Below the pieces are notes generated by a model. That model made no database searches, had not been told where the DNA came from, and saw nothing but the letters and a program-made list of their open reading frames with translations. Made by a program: the position numbers and the translations under genes. Shown here piece after piece: positions 17,977-27,418 of a stretch of 49,273 nucleotides of DNA (its first letter is position 1; every line of letters begins with the position of its first letter). This DNA is from Terriglobia bacterium. Lineage in GTDB: Bacteria; Acidobacteriota; Terriglobia; 20CM-2-55-15. Location of the stretch: contig CAXWPJ010000008.1 of the NCBI GenBank assembly GCA_963664115.2, positions 1 through 49,273 on the forward strand, in the 5' to 3' direction.

Positions 17977-18960
17977 ATGTTCAGGAATGTGTTAGCCGTA
18001 ATGGCCGTCGCTCTCACCATAGTAGCCGCCTCGCAAGGACTCAGGGCTCAAAGGCCGCGCGTTCCGACTGCCGAGGCGCTGGCGGCATCCGAGGGGGCTC
18101 AACAGCACATCGGCGCGGCGATGGCGCTGGCCCGGTCCGATCTGATCGCTGAAGCGGAGTCATTCTGCTCGCCGACGGGTCCCCGGCGGGCTGCGCTGGT
18201 GAGGCAGGACGCTGGGCTGCCGCCGATCGAAGACTACGTCATGGAACCGGTGCGGGTTTTCGAGAACCTCTATTACATCGGCTTCAACGACGTGGGCGCT
18301 TGGGCCATCGAAACGAGCGAGGGCCTCATCCTGATGGATACCCTCAACTCCCCCGACGAGGCCCGCGACGTGCTGGTCCCGGGCCTCGAGAAGATGGGCC
18401 TCGACCCCGCCCAGATCAAGTACATCGTTATCGGGCATGGTCACAATGACCACGTGGGTGGGGCGTCCTATCTCCAGGAAACGTACGGAGCACGGATCCT
18501 GATCAGTGGCCCGGATTGGGATCTGGCGCTCTCCGACGAGCGGCCGAGGCCGACGCGGGACATGGTCGTGACCGATGGCCAGGAGCTGACACTGGGAGAC
18601 ACGACGGTCACCCTGGCGCTCACCCCCGGCCATACGGCGGGCACACTGGCCATGTTGGCACCGGTCAAGCACCTGGGGCGCACTCACACGGTGTTGTTCT
18701 TGAGCGGCACGGGGATGCCGACTCAGGAATCGCTCGCGGTCTTCAAGCACGTGTTCGACGACTTCGCCGGGCCGTTAAGGGCGGAGACCGCACTTGGCGC
18801 CCACCCTGGGATCTCGATGAATACGCTCGAATTTCACGAGCAGTTGCGCCAGCAGTATCCGGAAGGAGCGCACCCCTTGCTCATCGGCGAAGAGCCATTC
18901 GACCGCTACATGTCCATCATGCTGGAGTGCGCCAGCGCGAAGCTCGCGGCGTTGGAGTAG
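17977..18960 (+). CDS. MBL-fold hydrolase resembling subclass B3 metallo-beta-lactamases
   Basis: EPVRVFENLYYIG, HGHNDH, TPGHTAG; ATG 17977 after GGAGGA. Confidence 0.85.
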   Translation: MFRNVLAVMAVALTIVAASQGLRAQRPRVPTAEALAASEGAQQHIGAAMALARSDLIAEAESFCSPTGPRRAALVRQDAGLPPIEDYVMEPVRVFENLYYIGFNDVGAWAIETSEGLILMDTLNSPDEARDVLVPGLEKMGLDPAQIKYIVIGHGHNDHVGGASYLQETYGARILISGPDWDLALSDERPRPTRDMVVTDGQELTLGDTTVTLALTPGHTAGTLAMLAPVKHLGRTHTVLFLSGTGMPTQESLAVFKHVFDDFAGPLRAETALGAHPGISMNTLEFHEQLRQQYPEGAHPLLIGEEPFDRYMSIMLECASAKLAALE

Positions 18961-19064
18961 TTTGGGAATGACCGCTTTTGGCCGATAGGGGAAGTCAGCG
19001 TCCTAGACCCCGAAGTGGCTGGTCTGTAATCCGCACATCTACGTATCGGCGACTTTTCATCGGC

Positions 19065-20624
19065 TCAGTCTGCCAGCGGTGCGTCAACTTGACAATGCCC
19101 CGCCCGATCCAGTTTCCTGTAACGAACGGCCTCGGCAATGTGCGGAGGCGCAATGTTGTCGGCGCGGTCAAGATCCGCAATCGTTCTTGCCACCTTGAGG
19201 ATTCTGTTCCAGCCACGTGCCGAAATGCCGAGTCGGGTAACGGCAGTTTCGAGCATCCGGTCGCACTCCTCCGTCAACCCGCAATGCAGTCTCACCTGAT
19301 CGGGCTGCATCTGCGCGTTCACGTAGTTTCCAGAATCACCCAGACGTCTGAACTGTCTGTGCCGTGCCCCAACGATCCTTTTCCTTATTTCCAAAGACGC
19401 TTCCGCAGCCTTCCCGCCCGACATGTCCTTGTAGGGTATCGCGGGAACATCGACGTGCAGATCGATGCGGTCGAGAAGCGGCGGACCGGAAATTCGCGAA
19501 CGATAGGCCTGAACCTGTCTGGGTGTGCACTGGCATTCGTGCAACGGGTTTCCCAGTTGACCGCAGTGACAGGGATTCATTGCGCCCACCAGGACGAGCG
19601 ATGCAGGGAAACTCAGAGTGGCCTGAACCCGCGCGATCGAGACGCATGAATCTTCCAGCGATTGTCGGAGTCCTTCCAGCAGGTGCCGCGGAAATTCCGG
19701 CAATTCGTCTAGAAACAAGACACCGTTGTGTGCCAGACTGACTTCGCCGGGTCGGGGAATGGTGCCTCCGCCAACCAGGCCGGCTCTCGAAATGCTGTGG
19801 TGCGGAGCCCGGAAGGGTCGGGTGGTGAGCAGTCCCGCTCCAGGATGCAGGAGTCCCCCCGCGGCATGGATCCGGGTGACCTCAAGATTTTCGTCGAGGG
19901 TCATTTGCGGCATGATCGACGGAATTCGCCGGGCCAACATCGTTTTGCCCGACCCGGGCGGGCCTATCATCAGAATGTTGTGTCCTCCGGCGACGGCCAC
20001 CTCGATAGCCCGTTTTGCGTGATGTTGCCCTCGGACATCCTTGAAATCTTCAAGCGGATCTGGTTCCTGATCGAGCATGCGGTCGGCGTTCACGTAATGT
20101 GCGGAAACTTCTCCCGTGCCGTTGAGAAAACCGGCGACCTCAGTGAGCGTATGCATGGGATACACCGACACGCCTTCGGCTACAGCCGCATCGTTTGCGT
20201 TTTCAAACGGGACGATCAGCTTCGTAAATCCTGTTGTTCGCGCAAGCAACGCGAGTGAGAGGCAGTTTTTTACCGGTCTGAGATGTCCGTCCAGAGAGAG
20301 CTCGCCGGCCATGAGGAGTCTTCCGACATCTGCTTGAATCGCTCCGGTGCCCTTGAGCACTCCAATAGCCATCGGGAGGTCGAAGGCAGCTCCTTCCTTT
20401 CTGATACCTGCGGGCGCGAGGTTGACGGTGATTTTGCGGAACGGAACTTCAAAGCCACTGTTTCGAATCGCTGCATGGATACGGGCGCGTGACTCGCGGA
20501 TCGCGGCGTCCGGAAGACCCACAATTTGGAATTCGCCGTTACCGCCGGGTGAAATATTAACTTCGACTTCGACCAGGGAAGCATCGATGCCGTAAACGGC
20601 ACCACTCAAAGTTTTGGTGATCAT
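19065..20624 (-). CDS. comM: YifB/ComM Mg-chelatase-like AAA+ helicase
   Basis: VGLPDAAIRES, NLAPA, GPPGSGKT, FRAPHHS, GVLFLDE, ARTIADL. Confidence 0.95.
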   Translation of the reverse strand: MITKTLSGAVYGIDASLVEVEVNISPGGNGEFQIVGLPDAAIRESRARIHAAIRNSGFEVPFRKITVNLAPAGIRKEGAAFDLPMAIGVLKGTGAIQADVGRLLMAGELSLDGHLRPVKNCLSLALLARTTGFTKLIVPFENANDAAVAEGVSVYPMHTLTEVAGFLNGTGEVSAHYVNADRMLDQEPDPLEDFKDVRGQHHAKRAIEVAVAGGHNILMIGPPGSGKTMLARRIPSIMPQMTLDENLEVTRIHAAGGLLHPGAGLLTTRPFRAPHHSISRAGLVGGGTIPRPGEVSLAHNGVLFLDELPEFPRHLLEGLRQSLEDSCVSIARVQATLSFPASLVLVGAMNPCHCGQLGNPLHECQCTPRQVQAYRSRISGPPLLDRIDLHVDVPAIPYKDMSGGKAAEASLEIRKRIVGARHRQFRRLGDSGNYVNAQMQPDQVRLHCGLTEECDRMLETAVTRLGISARGWNRILKVARTIADLDRADNIAPPHIAEAVRYRKLDRAGHCQVDAPLAD

Positions 20625-20801
20625 GGATTGAAATTTGAAAGGGGAAAGGCAGGGCGGATCCAGTTTACTCGTAGTCAAACTCAGAGACAAGGAATCCGGG
20701 CACCAGGGGTGCGACCCGGATCGGGAAGGGACCGACCTGGGTCACCGGAATTTGCTCCCGGTAACCCAGACTTTACGGCAGGATGAGTGCGATCTTCGTG
20801 C

Positions 20802-21329
20802 CTACTCGGCCCCGGCGACCACGGTGAAGCTGATCATCTCGCAGAGACCCTCAACCGCCTCGTGCAGGTCGTTTCCCGCCTGAATCGTGAACGTGTACTC
20901 GCCGGGTTCCAACTGCATGTCGATCGTGTTCGAGCCGTCTCCAAAGTGAATCCACTCCGGGTTGTTCTGGGGAATCATGGTTCCCGTCGCCAGGCACTCC
21001 CCAGCCGTGCCCACATGGTGATGCGCGATGCCCTCTCTGGGCGTTTCCACTGTGCCCTCGGGCACGGGCGCGATCTCATAGTTCACCGCTTCGAATTCGA
21101 GATGGGCGAGAGTACCCACTTCAGCGCCGGCATCCGGAGAGATCCAGACCAGACGAGGTGTCACGTCCTCGACTGGAGCCGCGGCTACTGGCTCCACAGG
21201 TTCTTCGGGCATGTCGGCAGCTCCACACGCCGCCAATGCAAATATCGTCAGGGCCAACACGGCCCACCGTACACCAAGCGCAAGGGTCATCCTTTTTACA
21301 ATTCGGTCTACATCCTGGCTCGCAAACAT
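20802..21329 (-). CDS. DUF4399-like lipoprotein
   Basis: Lipobox LAAC; HHH..IHFGDG..LEPGEYTFTIQAGNDLH; start ATG 21329 or a downstream ATG. Confidence 0.75.
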   Translation of the reverse strand: MFASQDVDRIVKRMTLALGVRWAVLALTIFALAACGAADMPEEPVEPVAAAPVEDVTPRLVWISPDAGAEVGTLAHLEFEAVNYEIAPVPEGTVETPREGIAHHHVGTAGECLATGTMIPQNNPEWIHFGDGSNTIDMQLEPGEYTFTIQAGNDLHEAVEGLCEMISFTVVAGAE

Positions 21330-21534
21330 GAACTCACTCCTCTTAATTGTGTTTTCGAAAAGCTTGGGAGCGATAAGGTATCCTTCATCGCCCATTCTCA
21401 GCACCGCTTTGCCCAACAAATATTTAGCGACTCGTTCAGCGGGTGTGCGCCGGCGGAAAGACGTCGTTGTAGACCATCGACGCCAGGCAAATGTCTGTGG
21501 CTGTATCAAGAACAGCCATCCCTGTCACAGCAAA

Positions 21535-21577
21535 GAGCCGGAGACGGGGATCAAACCCGCAACGTCCAGCTTGGGAA
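21535..21577 (-). pseudogene. Degenerate 3' half of tRNA-Gly(CCC), att-like remnant
   Basis: Minus strand TTCCCAAGCTGGACGTTGCGGGTTTGATCCCCGTCTCCGGCTC: anticodon loop, T-arm and acceptor 3' strand; no 5' half, no CCA. Confidence 0.75.
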
Positions 21578-21709
21578 ATTGGACTTCGAATGTCAACAAA
21601 GGATATGCCATTCACGGAGTTAAATGCGTTTACTGAAAACTGCTGAGCTTTGCTGTTTTTCCCAAAGCCGGAGCTTAACGAAGTATTTTCCAGGGAGCGC
21701 CTGTTGATC

Positions 21710-22117
21710 TCAGAAAGTAATCCGCATGCCCTGGCCGGATAACCGGTTCCGGACTTTCCGCCGGACGTAACCCAGTATGAAACGTTTGATGGGATAGCGT
21801 GTCGGTGGGAACAGGAGGAGCAGTCCCGCGATGTCGGTCAGCAGTCCCGGGGTGATCAGGACAAGGCCCGCGATGAGGACCAGAAGGCCGTCAAAGAGTT
21901 GCTCGCTCGGGATCGTACCCGAGGCCAAATTCCGCTGGATGCGATGGAAGATGCGGAATCCTTCGAGCCGTGCGAGGTACGCCCCCAGGATGCCCGTCCC
22001 AAAGATCAACAGCAGCGTGTCGATTGTGCCGAGACGCCGCCCGATTTCGATGAGCAGAGTGAATTCCAGAATCGGGATGACGATGAACATCGACAGGAGA
22101 ATGCCGAATATTTTCAT
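21710..22117 (-). CDS. fxsA: FxsA family membrane protein
   Basis: FIVIPILE..IEIG, G..LITPGLLTD..GLLLLFPPTR. Confidence 0.92.
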   Translation of the reverse strand: MKIFGILLSMFIVIPILEFTLLIEIGRRLGTIDTLLLIFGTGILGAYLARLEGFRIFHRIQRNLASGTIPSEQLFDGLLVLIAGLVLITPGLLTDIAGLLLLFPPTRYPIKRFILGYVRRKVRNRLSGQGMRITF

Positions 22118-22131
22118 GGGTTTATGATAGC

Positions 22132-22362
22132 ATGGGCGGCGTGAGGCACTTGGCGATCGCTGTAGCGCTCGTTCGCTATTACTTCCGCATTGTCCCCCCC
22201 CGCTGGTATCTCCGGTACCCCTTCCTTCCGGTTCCCCCATGGAAATATCTGGGATGGCGGTTTCAAACCGCCTATGGTTCCGATCGGCCCTCCTGGAGGG
22301 CTCTGATGATGGATGTTTGGCAGTTTGGCGGATGGTTGGCGGATTCCGAAACGCAGGTCTAG
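22132..22362 (+). CDS. Small hypothetical protein
   Basis: WYLRYPFLPVPPWKYLGWRFQTAYG motif; ends 5 nt before the Nudix ATG. Confidence 0.6.
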   Translation: MGGVRHLAIAVALVRYYFRIVPPRWYLRYPFLPVPPWKYLGWRFQTAYGSDRPSWRALMMDVWQFGGWLADSETQV

Positions 22363-22367
22363 TTCCA

Positions 22368-22760
22368 ATGATTGACGCTACGCCCACGAAGCGGACTAAG
22401 CGCTCTGTCGCCGTGCTGGTGCGCAAAGGTGACAATGTCTTGACGGTTCGCAGGCCCGACGATGACGACGAACTGCCCGGAATCTGGGGTTTACCGGCCG
22501 GGACCTACCGTCAGGGTGAGACCCTTGAAACACTGGTCGAAAGGATTGGACGCGACAAACTGGGAGTCGATTTAAGGCCTCTTGAAGTCCTTGTCCGGGG
22601 AAGCCAGGAGAGGACGAACTATATTTTGAACATGGAGTTGGTCGAAACCGAGATGGATGGGTTCCCTCACCGCTGCCAGTGGCGATGGGCCTTGCCAGAC
22701 GCTCTCAAGCTTGGGCAGGGGCGAGGATCGCTCTGTTGTGATCTGGCCCTCAGCTTATGA
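22368..22760 (+). CDS. Nudix-fold protein with degenerate Nudix box
   Basis: SVAVLVR..LPGIWGLPAG..GETLE..RIGRDKLGV. Confidence 0.8.
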   Translation: MIDATPTKRTKRSVAVLVRKGDNVLTVRRPDDDDELPGIWGLPAGTYRQGETLETLVERIGRDKLGVDLRPLEVLVRGSQERTNYILNMELVETEMDGFPHRCQWRWALPDALKLGQGRGSLCCDLALSL

Positions 22761-22781
22761 CGTCTCTGGTTTTGGGCAAGC

Positions 22782-22807
22782 AAAAAGCCCTCGTTTCCGA
22801 GGGCTTT
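22782..22807 (-). terminator. Rho-independent terminator (possibly bidirectional)
   Basis: AAAGCCCTCG-GAAA-CGAGGGCTTTTT on minus strand. Confidence 0.75.
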
Positions 22808-23137
22808 ATCGAGCTTCCTGTTTATGATTGCTTTCTCAGCCAGGGACGGTGTCGAAAGAGTGTTTCTTAACAGGTAAGCCCGGATCGCTTTATTCGTTTC
22901 CGCCTTACATACCAATAGACTTGACACACCTGTCAAAAATACGTCTTTTCAACTTTTCCTGAAATAAATCCAATCCAGAAAATAACATCCATATTTGCAA
23001 TGGTTTAGAGTCCACCCAGCCCACCATTTAGAAGGTAGAGGCTAGAAATCTCCCTGGAATGCCCGATGAAATCAGCCAGAGAAGGACAATTCAGCGCTGG
23101 TAGAGCGGGGTCCAAGGAGAGAGAAGGCGTGTGGGGT

Positions 23138-23398
23138 GGTGCAGACGCTGCGTGGGTTAGGCGCGCGAGGGAAGCGACCGCAGGCGTATCGGCAGATACG
23201 TTGAGGATCGCTGAGGGAGAGCAACAACGCCCACGACGATGGCTGCGCGTGGAATTGTGTGCCGGAACTGCGGGATCCAAGAAGGGCGGTGCAGACGCGC
23301 CGTGGGCTAGGCGCGTGAGTGAAGTGACCGCAGGCGTATCGGCAGATACGTCGAGGATCGCTGATCGAGCGCAACAACGCCCAAGGCGATGGCTGCGC
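23138..23398. repeat. Two 111-bp structured direct repeats (period 150 bp)
   Basis: 23138-23248 and 23288-23398 share GGTGCAGACG..GACCGCAGGCGTATCGGCAGATACGT.GAGGATCGCTGA..GCAACAACGCCCA..CGATGGCTGCGC. Confidence 0.9.
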
Positions 23399-23405
23399 CG
23401 CCAGG

Positions 23406-24398
23406 CTACGGCCCCCAGCGGAGGAGGAGACTGCCCCATGTAAATCCAGCTCCAAAACTTGCGAGGAGCAGCAGATCGCCGCTCTTGATAGTTCCGGACT
23501 CGGCGGCTTCGGAAAGGCAAATGGGGATGGTCCCGGCTGTAGTGTTCGCATACCGATCGATGTTGATCGCCACCTTTGAAGGGTCGAGTTGGAGCTTTTC
23601 AGTGGCGGACCGGATGATTCTCAAATTGGCCTGGTGCGGCACGTAGAGTTTGAGGTCCTCATGGGTCAGCCCGTTTCGGCTCAGTATCGCTTCCGATACT
23701 TCGACCATTCCCTTGACTGCAAATTTGAAAACGTTCCTGCCGTTCTGGTGCACATAGTGCATCTTTTTGCTGACCGTTTCGTCGGTCGGTGGGTTTAGGC
23801 TTCCACCTCCTGGCATGTACAGGAATTGCCCGCCACTTCCGTCGCTGCGCAGAATCGAATCGAGGATCCCATTTTCGCTATGAGAGGCTTCGACCAGAAC
23901 CGCACCCGCCCCGTCGCCAAACAACACACACGTGGCCCGGTCTTCAAAGTCGATGATCGAGCTCATTACATCCGCGCCCACGACGAGCACTTTTTCGTGT
24001 TTCCCGGAAACGATGAACTGAGCGGCCGTCGTCAACGCGTAGATGAAGCCCGAACAGGCTCCGAGTAGATCGAATCCCCATGCCTTCTTCGCCCCGATTT
24101 TGTCCTGCAGGACGCAGGCCGTGGACGGGAAAAACATATCTGGAGTAACCGTGGCGACAATGATGAGATCGATCTCGTCGGCGCCGATACCCCTTTGCTC
24201 CAAAACTCCCCGGGCTGCGCCCTCGGCCAGAGTGCTCGTTGGCGTTCCCTTTTCCACGATTCGGCGTTCTCGAATGCCGGTGCGGTCGAAAATCCATTGG
24301 TCGGTTGTGTCGACCATCTTTTCGAAGTCGTGGTTTGTTAAACGGCCTTCGGGAAGGTAGTGGGCAATGGCCGTAATAGTCGCTTTCCTAACAGACAA
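23406..24398 (-). CDS. fabH: 3-oxoacyl-ACP synthase III
   Basis: [39 protein letters not shown]. Confidence 0.96.
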   Translation of the reverse strand: MSVRKATITAIAHYLPEGRLTNHDFEKMVDTTDQWIFDRTGIRERRIVEKGTPTSTLAEGAARGVLEQRGIGADEIDLIIVATVTPDMFFPSTACVLQDKIGAKKAWGFDLLGACSGFIYALTTAAQFIVSGKHEKVLVVGADVMSSIIDFEDRATCVLFGDGAGAVLVEASHSENGILDSILRSDGSGGQFLYMPGGGSLNPPTDETVSKKMHYVHQNGRNVFKFAVKGMVEVSEAILSRNGLTHEDLKLYVPHQANLRIIRSATEKLQLDPSKVAINIDRYANTTAGTIPICLSEAAESGTIKSGDLLLLASFGAGFTWGSLLLRWGP

Positions 24399-24545
24399 GA
24401 TCTCAATGTCCTCAATTTGAAATTGTCGCTGTCTCCAGCCGTCGGAGCGTCTAACGCTTACTTATTCTACAGTCATAGTGGCGAGAACAGGGGCGGCAGG
24501 AGCCCGAAAGTTGCACAATCGGCCCTGTGTTACAATCGGAGACTG

Positions 24546-25757
24546 ATGCCTCAAACGTACTTCCAGAAGGGCTTTGGCCTCGGTTCGGAAGTTCGCCCCG
24601 AACTCCAGAACAGCTACCGGAGCCGCATCGTCGACCTGATGAGGGCCCAGCATTCTCGTCTTGTGCTCGGCGACCTCACGTTTCTGCTTGCCGAAGAATT
24701 TGGCTTCTGCTACGGCGTCGAACGCGCAGTCGAATACGCCTACGAGACGGTTGCCAAGTTTCCCGACCGGCGCATTTTTCTGACCGGTGAGATCATTCAC
24801 AATCCGCACGTCAACCAGAAGTTGGAGCGTCTTGGTATTCGTTTCCTGCCGGACTGCGTCGCCCGGTACGAGGGGCTGACACCTGAGGATGTTGTCCTCG
24901 TTCCAGCGTTTGGAGTGCCACGGTCCGATCTGGAAATTCTGGCTGATAAGCGCTGCATTGTAGTCGACACCACGTGCGGGTCGGTACTCAACGTGTGGAA
25001 GAACGTAGAGCGCTATGCCAAAGACGGCGTGACGTCGATCATTCACGGAAAATTCGAACACGAAGAGACGCGCGCGACGTTTTCGAGAACGACCTTCAAT
25101 CCGGATGCGCATTACCTGGTGGTTCGCAACAAGGATGAAGCCGCTTATGTCTGTGACTATCTCGTTGACCGTGGTGACCGGATTGATTTTCAGAAACGTT
25201 TCGAACAGGCCATGTCCGATGGCTTCGATCCGGAACTACACCTCCAACGGATCGGCCTGGCGAATCAGACGACGATGCTGAGCTCGGAGTCGCTGGAGAT
25301 TTCAGCACTGTTCCGGAATGCCCTGACCCGCAGGTCTGGGGAAGCCGCATTGGAAGACTGCTTCATTGCGTTTGACACGATTTGCAGCGCTACGCAGGAT
25401 AGACAGGATGCTATTCGATCCATGGAAACCGATCCTCCGGATCTGATGATCGTCATCGGAGGCTACAACAGTTCGAATACTAACAATTTGGCGCGCATTG
25501 CTTTGAAGTTCACCCAGGCGTTTCATATTGAGGACGCGTCGGCTATCCTCAGTGCGCGCGAGATCAGGCACAAGCTGCCCGGCCCGAACGCGGAGACACG
25601 GACCTTTGATTGGCTCGGGTCCGGCCCCCGAACAATCGGACTGACTGCGGGGGCTTCTACTCCCAACAATCAAATTGGTGAAGCGATCGAGCGGATCGTG
25701 GAATTTCGAGATACAATAGGTCTTTCGCGATTGAAGGAATTGATAGATGGCCGTTAA
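24546..25757 (+). CDS. ispH: 4-hydroxy-3-methylbut-2-enyl diphosphate reductase (long form)
   Basis: GFCYGVERA, IIHNP, DTTC, QTT, DTICSATQDRQ, SSNT, TAGASTP. Confidence 0.96.
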   Translation: MPQTYFQKGFGLGSEVRPELQNSYRSRIVDLMRAQHSRLVLGDLTFLLAEEFGFCYGVERAVEYAYETVAKFPDRRIFLTGEIIHNPHVNQKLERLGIRFLPDCVARYEGLTPEDVVLVPAFGVPRSDLEILADKRCIVVDTTCGSVLNVWKNVERYAKDGVTSIIHGKFEHEETRATFSRTTFNPDAHYLVVRNKDEAAYVCDYLVDRGDRIDFQKRFEQAMSDGFDPELHLQRIGLANQTTMLSSESLEISALFRNALTRRSGEAALEDCFIAFDTICSATQDRQDAIRSMETDPPDLMIVIGGYNSSNTNNLARIALKFTQAFHIEDASAILSAREIRHKLPGPNAETRTFDWLGSGPRTIGLTAGASTPNNQIGEAIERIVEFRDTIGLSRLKELIDGR

Positions 25758-26145
25758 AATTAATAAGAAGACGAACCCGACCGCAATCATTCCCGAAGCT
25801 CCGGGCAAGATCACCCGTAAGAAGAAAATTCCCAAGATCCTTGCCGTCGTGAATCCGGACAACTGCACGGGTTGTGAAGCGTGCGTGCCGTTCTGTCCTG
25901 TCGATTGCATCGAAACCGTCCCACGCGATGGATCTGAATACGTCGGGGTTGTCATGGAACCGGTTCAGGTTCGCTTCGATGAGTGCATTGGCTGCAAGAT
26001 CTGCGTCAACGTCTGCGAGCGAATGGCATGGGACGCGATCGCGATGTATCCGGCTGCGGATGTAGCGGCTTACTTCGAGATCGAACTCCACGAAAAATAC
26101 GACGATGCTGTAGCTGCCTACGAACCCGTAGCCGCCGGCGAATAA
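25747..26145 (+). CDS. 2x[4Fe-4S] ferredoxin
   Basis: CTGCEACVPFCP and CIGCKICVNVC motifs. Confidence 0.9.
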   Translation: MAVKINKKTNPTAIIPEAPGKITRKKKIPKILAVVNPDNCTGCEACVPFCPVDCIETVPRDGSEYVGVVMEPVQVRFDECIGCKICVNVCERMAWDAIAMYPAADVAAYFEIELHEKYDDAVAAYEPVAAGE

Positions 26146-26171
26146 ATCCGGCACATCTTGATAGAGTGAGG

Positions 26172-26203
26172 AAGGCGGCCAACCTGGCCGCCTTTGGTTT
26201 TTT
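26172..26203 (+). terminator. Rho-independent terminator
   Basis: AAGGCGGCCA-ACC-TGGCCGCCTT followed by T-rich tract. Confidence 0.75.
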
Positions 26204-26205
26204 AT

Positions 26206-26292
26206 CGCAGAGGCGCAGAGGACGCAGAGTTTATTTGTCTTCTTATGAAGAAGAACCTTTGCGTCCACGCGATCTCAGCGTCTCCGCGTTAA
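26206..26292. repeat. 9-nt-periodic inverted repeat element (CGCAGAGGC type)
   Basis: CGCAGAGGCGCAGAGGACGCAGAG .. CTTTGCGTC..CTCAGCGTCTCCGCG; relatives at 45172-45333, 46564-46643, 48720-48781. Confidence 0.7.
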
Positions 26293-26319
26293 AGCTTCTT
26301 GGAACCAACTGGCCTGCGC

Positions 26320-27303
26320 TTACGCCTTCCCCAGGCGGGAGGCGATGGTCTGCATGACGATCTCGCCGTGGAAACGTCCGTTTTCGATGAATATTTCTCT
26401 ATGCCGGCGTCCGGCCACGATTGAGCCTGCCAGAAATACGCCGCGCACGTTGGTTTCGTAAGAATCGGGGTCGTAGCTCGGCACGAGGATGTCGGGGTCG
26501 TATTCGACACCCAACTGGTCGTAGAAGACGGTGCTGGGATGATACCCGGTCAAGGCAAAGACCTGATCGGCCGGCAGCTCTATCTCGCTTGAGTTTTGCC
26601 GGGCGCGGACACGGCCCGGGAGTATTTCCACAACCTCCGTGTCGAGATGAGCGGCGATTTCCTTCCGCGCAATGCGATTCTTGATATCGGGTCCCACCCA
26701 GTACTTAAGCGACTTTCCCAACTCTTTATTGCGGTGTATCAACGTGACCCGGGCTCCGGCACGGTAGAGTTCGAGCGCGGCCTCAGCGGCAGAATTCTGG
26801 CCCCCAATCACGACGACATCCCGTTCGAAATGGGGATGGGCTTCGGTGTAGTAGTGGGAGACGTGTGGAAGGTCTTCTCCGGGTATCCCCAGCATGTTCG
26901 GGTTGTCGTAGTAACCGATCGCAATCACGACGCATCGGGCGCGATAGATGGCAGCAGCGGTCTCAATTCTGAATGCGTCCTCTTCTCGACTGATGGTCCG
27001 TACCTCTTCGTACTGGTGGATGTTCAAATCCTTAGCTTGGGCGACCTTTCTGTAATATTTCAGCGCCTCGTTCCGGTTGGATTTTTCCCGTTCACAGACC
27101 AGGGGCATGTTTCCGATTTCGAGGAGCTCGGGCGTGGTGAAAAAGATCATTTGCGTCGGAAAGTGGAAGATCGAATTTGTAATACAGCCCTTTTCGACCA
27201 CGACGTAATTCAGGTCGAATCGTTGGGCTTCAATTGCAGCCGCCAGACCGGTGGGCCCGCCGCCGACTATGAATACGTCAAGATGCTCGAGAGTTTTAGT
27301 CAT
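26320..27303 (-). CDS. ypdA: YpdA family putative bacillithiol disulfide reductase
   Basis: GGGPTG, FFTTPELLEIG, EALKYY, HYYTEAHP, IFIENGRFHG. Confidence 0.9.
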   Translation of the reverse strand: MTKTLEHLDVFIVGGGPTGLAAAIEAQRFDLNYVVVEKGCITNSIFHFPTQMIFFTTPELLEIGNMPLVCEREKSNRNEALKYYRKVAQAKDLNIHQYEEVRTISREEDAFRIETAAAIYRARCVVIAIGYYDNPNMLGIPGEDLPHVSHYYTEAHPHFERDVVVIGGQNSAAEAALELYRAGARVTLIHRNKELGKSLKYWVGPDIKNRIARKEIAAHLDTEVVEILPGRVRARQNSSEIELPADQVFALTGYHPSTVFYDQLGVEYDPDILVPSYDPDSYETNVRGVFLAGSIVAGRRHREIFIENGRFHGEIVMQTIASRLGKA

Positions 27304-27418
27304 TTATTAAAAGCACGCTTGTCAGTCCCAGAATCGCGGGTGTTCACTTCAATCGAATTGCGGTCGTCAGGCGATGATGGGGCGGGCAGTGGCCGTCCCC
27401 GCTCCTGACATGCCTTCC

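Noticed and set aside
18967-18998. AATGACCGCTTTTGGCCGATAGGGGAAGTCA after the B3-like gene, reminiscent of cassette-associated palindromes
   Set aside because: Single degenerate copy with weak pairing.
23005-23551. ORFs with internal peptide repeats over the 111-bp repeats
   Set aside because: Open in several frames on both strands; they merely translate the DNA repeat.
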